From the NCBI GenBank assembly GCA_963743605.1, contig CAVUQJ010000013.1, positions 38,633-102,632 on the forward strand: a stretch of DNA of 64,000 bases, in the 5' to 3' direction. The notes under the pieces were generated by a model. The model was given only the letters and a program-made list of their open reading frames with translations. It ran no database searches and was not told the DNA's origin. Of the stretch, positions 1 through 9,614 are shown piece after piece. The DNA comes from Vulcanimicrobiota bacterium (GTDB lineage: Bacteria > Vulcanimicrobiota > Vulcanimicrobiia > Vulcanimicrobiales > Vulcanimicrobiaceae). Positions within the stretch are counted from its first letter, which is position 1, and each line of letters starts with the position of its first letter. The translations under genes and the position numbers were made by a program.

Positions 1-504
1 TGCTGAATGTCGCTGATTCCGAAGATCGACCCACAGCCATATGCCGACGCGCAGGCCGTAGGCGGAGCCGACGATGGATTGTTCACAACCGGGAAGATCG
101 TCCGCGCGATCAGCGTCATGTTCTTGCTCAGCATGATGGGGACGACGGGCTGGAAGTTCATATTGTATTGATAGCGCGCATATGGTCCGAGCCCGTAATT
201 GAAGTTGTTTTGAAACGGAAGAATCGTGATGTTGCCGACCGGGTTTTGAGACGCCTTGACGATGGCTTCCTGAAGCGCGGCTTGCTGCTGCGGCGTCAAG
301 GAGTTCAAGTCGAACCCGCCGGCGGCCAGGTGCTCCTGGGGCGCCCGGCGCGGTCGCAGCGGGCGCCGGCGAGGCGGAAATCGGCGGCGCGGGCGCTGGT
401 GACGCTCCAGGCGCTTCCTGCGCCATGGCTGGATTCCCGAGCATGAGGCTGGAGAGGGCGGCGAGTCGCACCGCGGCCGCACGCCGACCATATGACTGGG
501 TCAT
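1..504 (-). CDS. Partial secreted protein with signal peptide; runs off the window and is frame-disrupted near 340
   Basis: ATG at 504-502 gives MTQSYGRRAAAVRLAALSSLMLGNPAMAQEAP, which is signal-peptide-like with a Pro/Ala linker. Below about 335 a different frame reads ILPFQNNFNYGLGPYARYQYNMNFQPVVPIMLSKNMTLIARTIFPVVNNPSS, while the starting frame turns Arg-rich. Family not recognised with certainty. Confidence 0.4.
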   Translation of the reverse strand, partial: MTQSYGRRAAAVRLAALSSLMLGNPAMAQEAPGASPAPAPPISASPAPAATAPGAPGAPGRRRVRLELLDAAAASRASGSHRQGVSKPGRQHHDSSVSKQLQLRARTICALSIQYELPARRPHHAEQEHDADRADDLPGCEQSIVGSAYGLRVGIWLWVDLRNQRHSA

Positions 505-539
505 GCCGAATCGTCCTTGCTGAGCGGCAGAAGAGCGTA

Positions 540-1913
540 CTACTGAGCCGGCACCACCGGCGGCGGTTCCCAGGTGCCGTCGACGATGCTCGGCGGCGTT
601 TCCTTCGGCCAATACAATCGCATGATGAGGTTGAACTTGGCGGCAGGAGCCGGGAGCCAGTTTGCCTGCTTTGCAGCTCCAGGGTTCCGGTGCTGGATGG
701 AGATGTCGAGCGATCCGTCCGCATTGTAGTGAAAGTGATCCCGCGTGCTCACCGTGTACTTGTCGAGCTCGTTGGCGTAGAAGAATTGCTTCGAGTTATA
801 CAGGGTCATCGACCAAAACGCATTGACCGGCGGCAGACCACCCCGCGCGAAGTGCATCACATAGGGCTTCGTCCCGTCGAATGGGGCTGCCGAAGCCGGG
901 TACACGGCGTCCTCTGCCAGGTTGGCGCCTAAGCCGATGAGGCTTACCATGGAACGGAGCAGATAATTCGTTCCGTAACGCCCCAGGTTAGTGATGACCG
1001 ACCAGCCGTTCACGAGCTTACCGGCCTTGGGCAGGTGGGCCCTCATCTCGGCGATCGCCGGCTGCGACGCGCCATCCATCGCTTTGCGAACGAGTGGGTC
1101 CAGCTTGTCGGGGTGGAAGTCCTGCCCGGGAACGATGCCGATCTGTGCCAGTTTGCGGACGATTGCGTCGTCGCCGTGAAGCGGCGGATTTTCCTTGAGC
1201 AAACTCGCGAAGAGCGTGAAGAATGCGACGCCGGTCATCTCGTTGACTTGCTGGCCGGGGCCGGTCTTCATATCGACGGCCGGATCTACTCGGCCGGGGG
1301 ACGGCGTATACGGCTTTCCGAATGCGTGCAGCGGGACCAACTTTATGCCGTCTTCGACGGCATGCGCCGCGGCAATGTCGGCCTTGGTGCCGGTACAGTA
1401 CACGCGCCCGATCATCCAAACGATCGCGGTCGCCGATTTGTACTGGGTTATCCCGGCGGGGAGCCGGCCCTTCCAGCGAGGTCCGGTAATCGCGTAGGTC
1501 TGAGCGCCGGTCCCGGTCGTACGCTTGCCCGGCGACTGGAAGACGTTCGTCCACCCGTCGAGCAGCGGGAAGAGCGCGTAGCGCTCACCCATTGCCGGAA
1601 GACTCAGCACCATCGGTTCCTTGGTAACGTCCATCCAAGCGATGACGTAAAACGTATCGGCGTTCGGCGCGACGACGTCCTGAAACTCAGGCGTGGGATA
1701 CGCGCGCATGATGGCTAGCTGGCCCAACGGTGCGCGCGAGGCGCCGGCGGTCGCGACGTTCGTGGCGATGCGACGGGTCATCTCCATCGTCACGAGGGGA
1801 TAAGCGTAGATGTACGCTGCCGTCGCGAGCTGCTTTGCTTGGTCGGCGCTGAGCGCCGGGTTCTGCGTCTGTGCCCCGGACGAGCTCGCGCAACACAAGA
1901 ACGCCGCAAGCAA
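540..1913 (-). CDS. DUF1254/DUF1214 domain-containing secreted protein
   Basis: 457-aa ORF with AAYIYAYPLVTMEMTRR...VVAPNADTFYVIAWMDVTKEPMVLSLPAMGERYALFPLLDGWTNVF, the characteristic DUF1254 then DUF1214 architecture. TTG start; short N-terminal signal. Confidence 0.85.
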   Translation of the reverse strand: MLAAFLCCASSSGAQTQNPALSADQAKQLATAAYIYAYPLVTMEMTRRIATNVATAGASRAPLGQLAIMRAYPTPEFQDVVAPNADTFYVIAWMDVTKEPMVLSLPAMGERYALFPLLDGWTNVFQSPGKRTTGTGAQTYAITGPRWKGRLPAGITQYKSATAIVWMIGRVYCTGTKADIAAAHAVEDGIKLVPLHAFGKPYTPSPGRVDPAVDMKTGPGQQVNEMTGVAFFTLFASLLKENPPLHGDDAIVRKLAQIGIVPGQDFHPDKLDPLVRKAMDGASQPAIAEMRAHLPKAGKLVNGWSVITNLGRYGTNYLLRSMVSLIGLGANLAEDAVYPASAAPFDGTKPYVMHFARGGLPPVNAFWSMTLYNSKQFFYANELDKYTVSTRDHFHYNADGSLDISIQHRNPGAAKQANWLPAPAAKFNLIMRLYWPKETPPSIVDGTWEPPPVVPAQ

Positions 1914-2089
1914 TGCCGTTGCAGCGTACGGTCGTGGTCCGCGCTGCGACGGCGCTGCCGCTGAACCGGCCGATCTGCCCGCGTCACCGTTTCACCCTCT
2001 CAAGAATTGTTTGCGAATGTTAGCACTACGAAGAAAGGCAAAACAACCATGTGCCAGGGGGTGCCTCGGTAGTGACGGCTCGTCGCCGT

Positions 2090-2675
2090 CGGTTGGGTCT
2101 CGGCCGCTCGGCGCTCAGGCTTCCTTAATGGCCGCGCGATCGTTCGCCTATCTGCGCTTCCTTCCGGACGCGCTTGGAAACCTCGCGGAGATCGAGCGCA
2201 TGCGCGGCAGGCTCGAAGCCGCCGAGGTGCTACAGCGCGAGAACCTCGCGTTGCCGCGCGACTCCGGCGACCGCTACGGCATGGTCGTCGCGTTTGCGCA
2301 TCTCGGCGAGATCGCCGCCGCGGCGAGCGATCCGCGTCGCGCCGCCGCGCTCTCTACGGCGAGAGCGTGCGCGTCAACGTGACCGTCGGACACCGTGAGC
2401 TGAACGCCGGTTGTCTGGAACGCCTCGCGCGCCTCGCGGATTCCGACGGTGAAGACGAGCGCGCGCTACGCCTTTACACGGCGGCCGAATTGGAGCCCAA
2501 GCGGATCTCCACGCCGGGGCCCGCCGACGAAGCCGAAAGAGTTTGTCTCGCAATGGCCGCGTTGCGTAACCGCGTCTCGCCCGAGGTCGCGGCGCGCGCG
2601 TCGGCCATGGCGACTGCAAGATCGATCGAGGAACTCATCGCCGACGAGCTGGCCCTCGGTGCCGAACATGCGTAA
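2090..2675 (+). pseudogene. C-terminal TPR remnant of an AfsR/NB-ARC-type regulator; no N-terminal domains present
   Basis: Two frames read LGNLAEIERMRGRLEAAEVLQRENLAL...VVAFAHLGEIAAA, then ALRLYTAAELEPKRISTPGPADEAERVCLAMAALRNRVSPEVAARASAMATARSIEELIADELAL. This resembles the typical tail of HTH/NB-ARC/TPR regulators such as the intact one at 21194..23803. No upstream HTH or P-loop. Confidence 0.35.
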
Positions 2676-2853
2676 GATGTTGGCGGTTGTCTTCGTTACG
2701 CGCGGGGTGGTGGAGCCGGGGAGCGAAGCCGAATCCACCGCCCGCGCGAGCACCCTCCGGCGTTCGTCGAATGACGAGCGCTCGAGGGCTCCGCATCACG
2801 GTCGCCGCAAAGTCTGAAGAAGTTCTGAAGGTCCGCCTAGTCGCAGGCGGGAG

Positions 2854-3309
2854 CTATTCTGGGTCTCGGTCGCGTGCGATTGCTCGAGCTTCGCGCAGCG
2901 CTTCCAACTCGACGAGCCCGGCCTCGTCTTTGGGCCGGCCCGCAGCGCGCTTCGCGGCTATCAGGCCGTCGATGCTCAGAACCCGCAGGGTGCGGCCCTC
3001 GACCTGGATCGCGTCCGCCAGGCGTACGATCTCCGAGTAACCGCCAACGCCCTTGACCGTTGCCAACAGATCGACGTCGCCGGCCGCCGTCTCGAGCGTC
3101 AATATTTCACTCGTCATCAGCGTTTGCGCGTCGAACACGAATGGCAATCCAGCGGGGAAGCCGCGGGGTCGCGGCGCAAACGGGCTTAGAGCGTCCGCGA
3201 GCCGCGCGACGTTTTCGCGCGTGCGTTCGTAAGCGAGATCGAGATCGAAGGTCGTATACGACGAGCCGTGGAGTTGCAGTGCGAAGCCGCCTACGACGAC
3301 AAATTGCAC
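2854..3309 (-). CDS. Small nucleotidyltransferase-fold protein (DUF6036/AbiEii-like), putative toxin-antitoxin component
   Basis: 151 aa. GGFALQLHGSSYTTFDLDLAY (NTase G-G...D-x-D motif) and AAKRAAGRPKDEAGLVELEAL tail. Confidence 0.6.
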   Translation of the reverse strand: MQFVVVGGFALQLHGSSYTTFDLDLAYERTRENVARLADALSPFAPRPRGFPAGLPFVFDAQTLMTSEILTLETAAGDVDLLATVKGVGGYSEIVRLADAIQVEGRTLRVLSIDGLIAAKRAAGRPKDEAGLVELEALREARAIARDRDPE

Positions 3310-3346
3310 GTCGGCGACGACGAGAGCGGAAACAACGTCGCGGAGG

Positions 3347-3553
3347 TCAGCCGTCGCTCGTATTCCGCCCGCCGGCGCGCAGCGCGCCGGCGAGCGCCTG
3401 CGCCCGAGCGGCGCGCTCCAGTCGCTCTTCCGGCGTGCTCTCGACGGCGCGCAGGATGAGCGTCAAGTCGATCCCGTAGTCGCGAGCGCGCGCCAGCGCC
3501 GTCCCCGGTGCGGGATCGAGGATCCGACGGCGGGCCTCGGCGCTCAACTGCAT
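3347..3553 (-). CDS. Small partner protein upstream of the NTase (putative antitoxin)
   Basis: 68-aa ORF immediately upstream on the same strand (about 38-nt gap): MQLSAEARRRILDPAPGTALARARDYGIDLTLILRAVESTPEERLERAARAQ. No recognised family. Confidence 0.35.
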   Translation of the reverse strand: MQLSAEARRRILDPAPGTALARARDYGIDLTLILRAVESTPEERLERAARAQALAGALRAGGRNTSDG

Positions 3554-3616
3554 CTATGATGGTAGTGCGGGGACTCCGCCGCGACGCCCTGCAACGTTCG
3601 CCGCGTAGCGATCGTC

Positions 3617-4523
3617 TCAGTTCGGTCCCGGGCCCCCCGCGACGGCGATCGGCGCCGAGTAGCCTTGCAGCCCGCGGGTGATCACCTCGTCCACCTTCCC
3701 GGTCGCGACGTCGATCCGGCTGATGCCCTGACGGCGCAGATCGGCGACGTACAGGTGTCGCCAGCCCTGGTCGAAGCGGATGGCGCGTGCCGCGGTGCCG
3801 CGTGCGAACGCGAGCTTGCAGTCCGTCAACGCGTTGCAGCGATAGATGCCGCTGCTCTTGTCGGGCGAGAGGTCGACGTAATAGAGGTCGTCGTTGCCGT
3901 CGAAGGCGAGCCACAGCGGCGACCCGGGGATGTTCAGCGGCAACGCGCTGCCGGCGCAGCCTGTTGAACTCGTCGACGCGGACGGTGCCCTTGCCGTCGT
4001 TCAGCGTCACGCTCCAGTAGCAGTTGCCGCGCGAGTCGAACGCGAGGCCGTTGCCCTGCATCGCCTGCGGATCGGTTACGTAGTACGGCGTCGTCGAGCC
4101 GGCGGGGAAGACGGTGATCGTGTTGCCGCCGCCTACGGCGATGGTGCCCGCGTGGACGGCCATGTCGAATCCGACGTTCACGCCGGTCAGCGTGGAGATC
4201 CGCCGCTTCATGCCGGGGGAATAGACCGCGACCTCGCCCGTCGCCCCGTCGCTCACGTAGACGTTGCCCTGCGGGTCGCTGACGAGCGCGCTCGGCTGTT
4301 CGAGGCCCTGCTGCGTCGTTCGCACCGGCTTGCCGCCGGCGGTGAAGACGAAGCACCGGGGCTCGAGCGTACACGCGTAGACGAATCCCTGGGACGAGTC
4401 CCGCGCAATTGCGGCGTGCGACGCCGTCTGCGATACGGGGCCGGGCAGGGTCGAGGCGGCCGCCGAGCAGCCGGCGACCAGCGCGGCGAGGATCGTCGGC
4501 GATAAGCGCGACAGCGCGTTCAT
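3617..4523 (-). CDS. NHL/beta-propeller lipoprotein, frame break near 3945
   Basis: ATG 4523 gives MNALSRLSPTILAALVAGCSAAAS (lipobox), then VSDPQGNVYVSDGATGEVAVYSP and AFDSRGNCYWSVTLNDGKGTVRVDEFN. It continues in the frame of ORF 3617..3943 (LAFDGNDDLYYVDLSPDKSSGIYRC...HLYVADLRRQGISRIDVATGKV). Confidence 0.6.
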
Positions 4524-4886
4524 GGGAGTTCCTTCCATTGGTGGCGGGACCGTCTCGAAGCGGCGGCCGTCCGGACGAGTGTGCTTGAACGCATCGTGCC
4601 ACGACCGAGGCCGCACCGCCACCGACACTAGCCTTTACAGTCGGCTCCATACGGTGGCGTAGGGCGGGTCGCCGGGCCGGGCGCATGGACCGCCCTGCGG
4701 TTTCGTATTATCTGAAAGCGCCGCGCCGCGCGGCACGACGCACGAATTCTGGGAACGGGCGCGGATTTAGGGCGGCTGAACCGGCAGGAGCGCGCCCGCT
4801 CCGCTCCAACGTCCTAGGTCCCGCGCACGTCTTCTCGACGGGCCCCCGGCGCCGGGTGCTTCGATCTTTCAGAGAGGATCTTCCCC

Positions 4887-6590
4887 ATGAGACCTGTCGA
4901 ACGACACGCATTGGCGTCGTTCTTCGCCGTCGCGGCGTTTGCCGCGGGCACGGCGCTCGCCGGAGCGAGTACGCTCGTCGCGGCGGTCCCGCAAGCCGTC
5001 ACCATGCACGATCTCGGCCATGCGTCCGCAAACGTGAAAGTCCACCTTGCGGTCGTCATGCACTACCGCAACGAAGCGCAACTCGACCAGTTGCTCGATG
5101 AACAGGCGGACGAGTCCTCGCCGCTCTTCGAGCGCTTCCTGACCCAGGGTGAGTTTACCGGTTACTTCTCGCCGTCCGCGGCCACGTATTCGCGCACGGT
5201 CGCCGCGCTCCGGCACGCCGGCTTCACGGTGACGGCGACGTGGCCGAACCGCACCGTCGTCGACGTGACCGCGTCGGCCCCGGTCGTCAATCGCTACTTC
5301 CAGACCGACATCCATCGCGTCTCGGTCCCCGGAGACGGCATCCGCTACGCCAACGCACGGCCTGCCTTCATGCCGCTGGAGCTGCGGGGCGCGGTGTTCG
5401 CGATTCTCGGTTTCGACGACATCCAGTGGGCGCGTCCGCAGCACGTGGTCGGGCCGCGCAACACGGGCCACGGGATCGGCGACACGCAGATCGGCGCGCC
5501 GCTGCGCGGGCCGAACGGCAGCTTCGGCCCGCTCGCCTTCGCGCAAGGGTACGACTTCCCGGTGCAGCACCAGATCGCTGGAAAGCCGTCCGGTACGACC
5601 TACGACGGCACGGGACAGATCGCCGGCATCGAGATTCCCGGCGACCCCACCGATAGCGACCTCAACAAGTTCCTGAGCGAGTTCAAGGTGACGCGTACCG
5701 GCACGACCAACCGCGTCCCCGTCGACGGCGGCCCGCAGGATCCATCATTCGACACGCTCCTCGAAGCGGCACTCGACTACGAGACGATCTCGAGCCTCGC
5801 ACCCGGCGCGACCGTCGATATCTTCGAGTTCCCGGGCTTCGACAATCAGGAGGTCCTCGACGGCTATCAGGCGGCTGTCAACCAAAACCCGCAACCGCAG
5901 TCGGTCAACTCGAGCTTCGGCGCGTGCGAGACCGCGAACATCTTCAACCCGCAGTCGATCGCGCAGATCTTCAAGCAGGGCGCTGCGGAAGGCATGGTCT
6001 TCCACGCATCGTCCGGTGATTCGGGCACGTTCACGTACGGTTGTTCGAGCAGCGTCTCCGTCTTGACGCCGGCCGACACGCCGTTTACGACCGCGATCGG
6101 CGGCACCGCGCTGACCGTCGACGCGAACGGCAACTACACCTCGGAAATCTACTGGAACTCCAGCGGCGGCGCCGGGGGCGGCGGCGTCTCGAAGATCTTC
6201 AAGCTGCCAAAGTGGCAGCGGCACGTGAAGAACATCACCAAGGGCGGCCGCAACGAGCCCGACATCTCGTTCGACGCGGCGCCGAACACGGGCATCGACA
6301 TGGTCTTCGAAGGTGAGTTCCTCACCGTCGGCGGCACGTCGCTCGCGTCGCCGATCTTCGGCGCGTGCACGGTCGAGCTCGAGCAGGTCTTGGGCAAGCG
6401 CATCAAGCCGCTCGACAAGATGCTGTACAACCACTGGCGTCGGTTCGGGTACTCGTCGGGCAGCACGACCTACGCCCACGACATCACGGGCGGCGAGGCG
6501 TTCGGCATCCTGAAGCCCGGGCCCGGCTACGATCTCGCCACGGGGATCGGATCGCTCGACTGCTTCACCGGCGGCCAGAAGTACCTCTAG
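4887..6590 (+). CDS. S53 family serine peptidase (sedolisin/kumamolisin-like) with pro-domain
   Basis: 567 aa. Signal peptide, pro-kumamolisin-like activation region (SPLFERFLTQGEFTGYFSPS), catalytic-region motifs SSGDSGTF and GGTSLASPIFGA. Confidence 0.85.
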   Translation: MRPVERHALASFFAVAAFAAGTALAGASTLVAAVPQAVTMHDLGHASANVKVHLAVVMHYRNEAQLDQLLDEQADESSPLFERFLTQGEFTGYFSPSAATYSRTVAALRHAGFTVTATWPNRTVVDVTASAPVVNRYFQTDIHRVSVPGDGIRYANARPAFMPLELRGAVFAILGFDDIQWARPQHVVGPRNTGHGIGDTQIGAPLRGPNGSFGPLAFAQGYDFPVQHQIAGKPSGTTYDGTGQIAGIEIPGDPTDSDLNKFLSEFKVTRTGTTNRVPVDGGPQDPSFDTLLEAALDYETISSLAPGATVDIFEFPGFDNQEVLDGYQAAVNQNPQPQSVNSSFGACETANIFNPQSIAQIFKQGAAEGMVFHASSGDSGTFTYGCSSSVSVLTPADTPFTTAIGGTALTVDANGNYTSEIYWNSSGGAGGGGVSKIFKLPKWQRHVKNITKGGRNEPDISFDAAPNTGIDMVFEGEFLTVGGTSLASPIFGACTVELEQVLGKRIKPLDKMLYNHWRRFGYSSGSTTYAHDITGGEAFGILKPGPGYDLATGIGSLDCFTGGQKYL

Positions 6591-6656
6591 TCACACATTA
6601 AAGTTACGACCGCATAAAGGCGGCGGGACCGGAACGTCCGGTCCCGCCGCTTTCGT

Positions 6657-8679
6657 TTGCTGGGCAGGTTGGAGACGCACGCGCGCGGATGGCCAAGCGT
6701 CGCGTTCCTCGCACTTGCGGGTTGCGCGGCGGCGACGTTTGCCGCGCAACCGCGGCGCATAGCACCGCATCCATACCAGCCGTCGTTCGTCACGGCGTCG
6801 ACGTATTGCGCGCCGGTCGTCTACACGCCGCCGCCGCACGGGTTCTTGTCGTCGACGCCGGCGAACAGCCCGATTCCGTACAACGCCGTGCGGCCCACGC
6901 CGTCGCCGGGCGCGAACGTGACCTACGTCTTCGTGCCGGCGCAGCGTCCCGCATCGCCGCCGCCGGTCGTGATCTTTTTCCACGGCGGCGGCTACATCGA
7001 TTACGCCGATCAGCCGGACTTGACGCAGATACTCCCCCAAATCGCGGAAGCGGCGCGTCTCGTGATCGTGCAGCCGTCGTATTCGCTCGATCCGGCCGAG
7101 GTCGCACAGGATCCGCCCGTCGTCGTCAGGGCCGCGGACGACGCCGGCTGCGCGGTCGCGTGGGCGGAACGGAACATCGCCGCGTGGGGCGGCGACCCCA
7201 AGCGCATCGTGCTCGCCGGCGACAGCGCGGGCGCGTCGCTCGCCGCCAACGTCGCCCTGCGCAGCGCCTACATCACCGGCGCCGGTGGCTCCGCGCACGA
7301 TCCTCCGATCACCGGCGTGTTCACGTCCTCGGGACGGTATAACTTCCGCTTTCTGCAGGCGTCCTATGAGAGCACGACCATCGGCGACAGGAGCGGCTTC
7401 CCGCCGTACAAGCTCGAGTTGACGTGGCCGAAGTGGTTCGCCGTCCACGGCGACGGCAACGATCCGCTGAGCGCGGTGGGACCGTCGCCGTATCGCTGGC
7501 GCCTCTCTTACGAAGAGTGCGACGAAGACGGCGCGTATCGCGACGCGCACGCGTTCGCGCAGGCGATGCAGACCGCGGGCAACGCCGTCGGTCTGTTCGA
7601 AGACCGCGATCCGCTCTACACTCCGGGGTCGCACGTCGCACCGTATTGGCACACGCCGGCGCACGACGCCGTCGAACCGCACCTGGCGCCGTACTCGCGT
7701 CCCTCGCCGCCGGGCTACTCGGGCCCTCATCACCTGTACGCCCAGCTTGCCGCCTTCGCGTACGGCGCCACGTTCCCGAGCCCGTCGCCGTCGTGGGAGC
7801 CCATTAGCACGCGAGCGATCCTCCCTGGTTGGGTCGCGGGTTCGGCGCACAGCGCGCGCTGGCGCGTCGGCGATGCCGGCGTGCGCGACGTCGCGGTCGG
7901 CGGCGACGGGACCTTGTGGGTCGTGACGAACCATCGCGTCGGCAGGGGCGACTACGCGATCGCGCAGTTCGGGAACTTCGGCGACGGCAGCGTCGACGAC
8001 GCCTGTCTGTCGGCGCCGCAGCGGCTCGGCGCGGGCCCGCCGGCGTTCGACGGCGGAGGCGTCCGGCTCGCCGCGGACGCGAGCGGCTTCCCGTGGGTCC
8101 TCGACGCCGCGGGCGGTCTCTTCGCGCTCCCCGGCGGACTCGCCGATGCGGGGTACGGCTCGCATTGGGTCGCCGAGAGCGACGGTGTCTTGGGCGCCGA
8201 CGTTGGCGCCGGCGGCGCGGGTCCGGGGATCCCTCCGGCGCACTGGACGCTCGGCGGGCGGCACGCGCACGACTATCCGATCGGCAGCGTGTGGATCGCG
8301 GGGAGCACGCGCGGCGACGTCCTGGTACCGCGACTTCCTCCACGGCGGCTTCGCGCCGGCGCCGGTCCCCACCAGCGGCGCCGTGCGCATCACGGTCGAC
8401 GCGCGCGGCAACCCGTACGCCGTCGAACGCGCGGGAAGCGCGCTCGCGGAACTCGACCTCAAAAAGCAATCGCTCGGGTGGACCGCGTTCGCGGGCAGAA
8501 CGAGCGACGCGGGCGCCGGTTCGCTGCTCTGGCGCACGCAGCCGGACGGCACCATACAGTTGTACTCGGGCGGCGCGTGGCTCGGCGCGCCCGGGGCGAG
8601 CGGCGACGCGATCGCGTCCGGTCCGACGGGTATACCCTGGGTGGGCGAAGGCCACGCGACGCTGATCACTAAGCACTGA
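6657..8679 (+). CDS. Lipoprotein: alpha/beta-hydrolase (HSL-type esterase) fused to a tectonin-like beta-propeller region; frame break near 8320
   Basis: VAFLALAGCAA lipobox. VVIFFHGGGY and LAGDSAGASLA esterase motifs. The C-terminal half has repeats of the type DVAVGGDGTLWVVTN and ASGFPWVLDAAGGLFAL, and continues in the frame of ORF 8146..8679 (ITVDARGNPYAVERAG...GIPWVGEGHATLITKH). Confidence 0.65.
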
Positions 8680-8704
8680 GGGCGCTTCGCGAGGGAGAGA
8701 CGAC

Positions 8705-8916
8705 ATGAGCTTCATCGATCGCAGGGATACCAAGGCCGAGGAAGAGGCGGAGACGCCGCTCGACGAGCGAGAGGCAGCGGCGATGGGGTCGGCAGCGCCC
8801 GCGCCCGCTGCGCGACATCAAGGCCGAGGCGCAGACGATTTACGGCGAGGTCGACGGGCCGGAGACCGAAGACCAGTACGACGCGCACCACGCGGGATCC
8901 GGACGAGCACCTCTAG
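8705..8916 (+). CDS. Small acidic hypothetical protein, frame-disrupted
   Basis: GAGGGAGAGA SD, then ATG 8705: MSFIDRRDTKAEEEAETPLDEREAAA. A second frame reads LRDIKAEAQTIYGEVDGPETEDQYDA. End uncertain. Confidence 0.2.
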
Positions 8917-8970
8917 CGCATAGCGCTCCGGTACGCACCGCGAGCGCCGGACCTGGGCACTGACGCCCGC

Positions 8971-9246
8971 GTGGAGGCTTGGTCGATCGCGCGGGCGGTC
9001 TACGCGCTGCTCGCGGTGGCGGCGGTGCTCGCCGCGTTGCGGGTCGTGCTTGCGCGCTTCGGCGGCGCGCGGTTGCGGTTCGGCCGTGGGCGGATCGTCG
9101 AACTCGTCGACGCGATCGCGCTCCCGCACGACGCCGCGGTCGCGGTCGTGCGGGTCGGGCGCGAGCGCCACGTCGTCGCCATCGGGCGCGGTGCGGTCGC
9201 GCCGCTCGGGACCATCGCGGCGGACGACGCGGCGCGCGAAGGCTGA
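8971..9246 (+). CDS. FliO-like small membrane protein (tentative)
   Basis: 91 aa. One N-terminal TM (AVYALLAVAAVLAALRVVLA), then RIVELVDAIALPHDAAVAVVRVGRERHVVAIGRGAVAPLGTI. This resembles the FliO C-terminal pattern. No fliPQR nearby. Confidence 0.3.
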   Translation: MEAWSIARAVYALLAVAAVLAALRVVLARFGGARLRFGRGRIVELVDAIALPHDAAVAVVRVGRERHVVAIGRGAVAPLGTIAADDAAREG

Positions 9247-9250
9247 GACG

Positions 9251-9614
9251 TTGCGCTTTCGCTTCCGCCTGCAGGCGTTGCTCGAGCGCGCGTGCGCGCG
9301 CGAAACGGTCGCGCGCGCAACCCTGATCGCCGCGCGGCACAGCCACGACGAGCGCGGCGCGCGCGCCGGCACCATTGCCGCCGCGCCGCTCCCCATCGCG
9401 CGGGATCCTCGACGACGACGCGGTCGTGCGGCGGCTGCGCCTGCAGGCGAGCGCGGCGCGGGTCGCCGCCGCGCAGGCAGACTACGACGCGGCGGCGCGC
9501 GAGCGCCGGGCGTTGGAGCGGTTGCGCGAGCGCCGGCGCGCGGAGTTCGAGGCGGCCCGCGAGCGCGCCGAACAGGACGAACTCGACGAGCTCAACAACT
9601 GGCGCACGGGATGA
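9251..9614 (+). CDS. FliJ-like coiled-coil protein (tentative), frame break near 9370
   Basis: TTG 9251: LRFRFRLQALLERACARETVARATL (typical FliJ N-terminus). The +1 frame continues with RRLRLQASAARVAAAQADYDAAARERRALERLRERRRAEFEAARERAEQDELDELNN (FliJ-type C-terminus). Its stop overlaps the next start (ATGA). Confidence 0.35.

Noticed and set aside
6591-8669. 692-aa minus-strand ORF antisense to the esterase-tectonin gene
   Set aside because: The translation is Arg/Ala/Pro-rich low complexity with no motifs. The plus strand carries clear HGGG and GDSAG esterase motifs. This is a typical high-GC shadow ORF.
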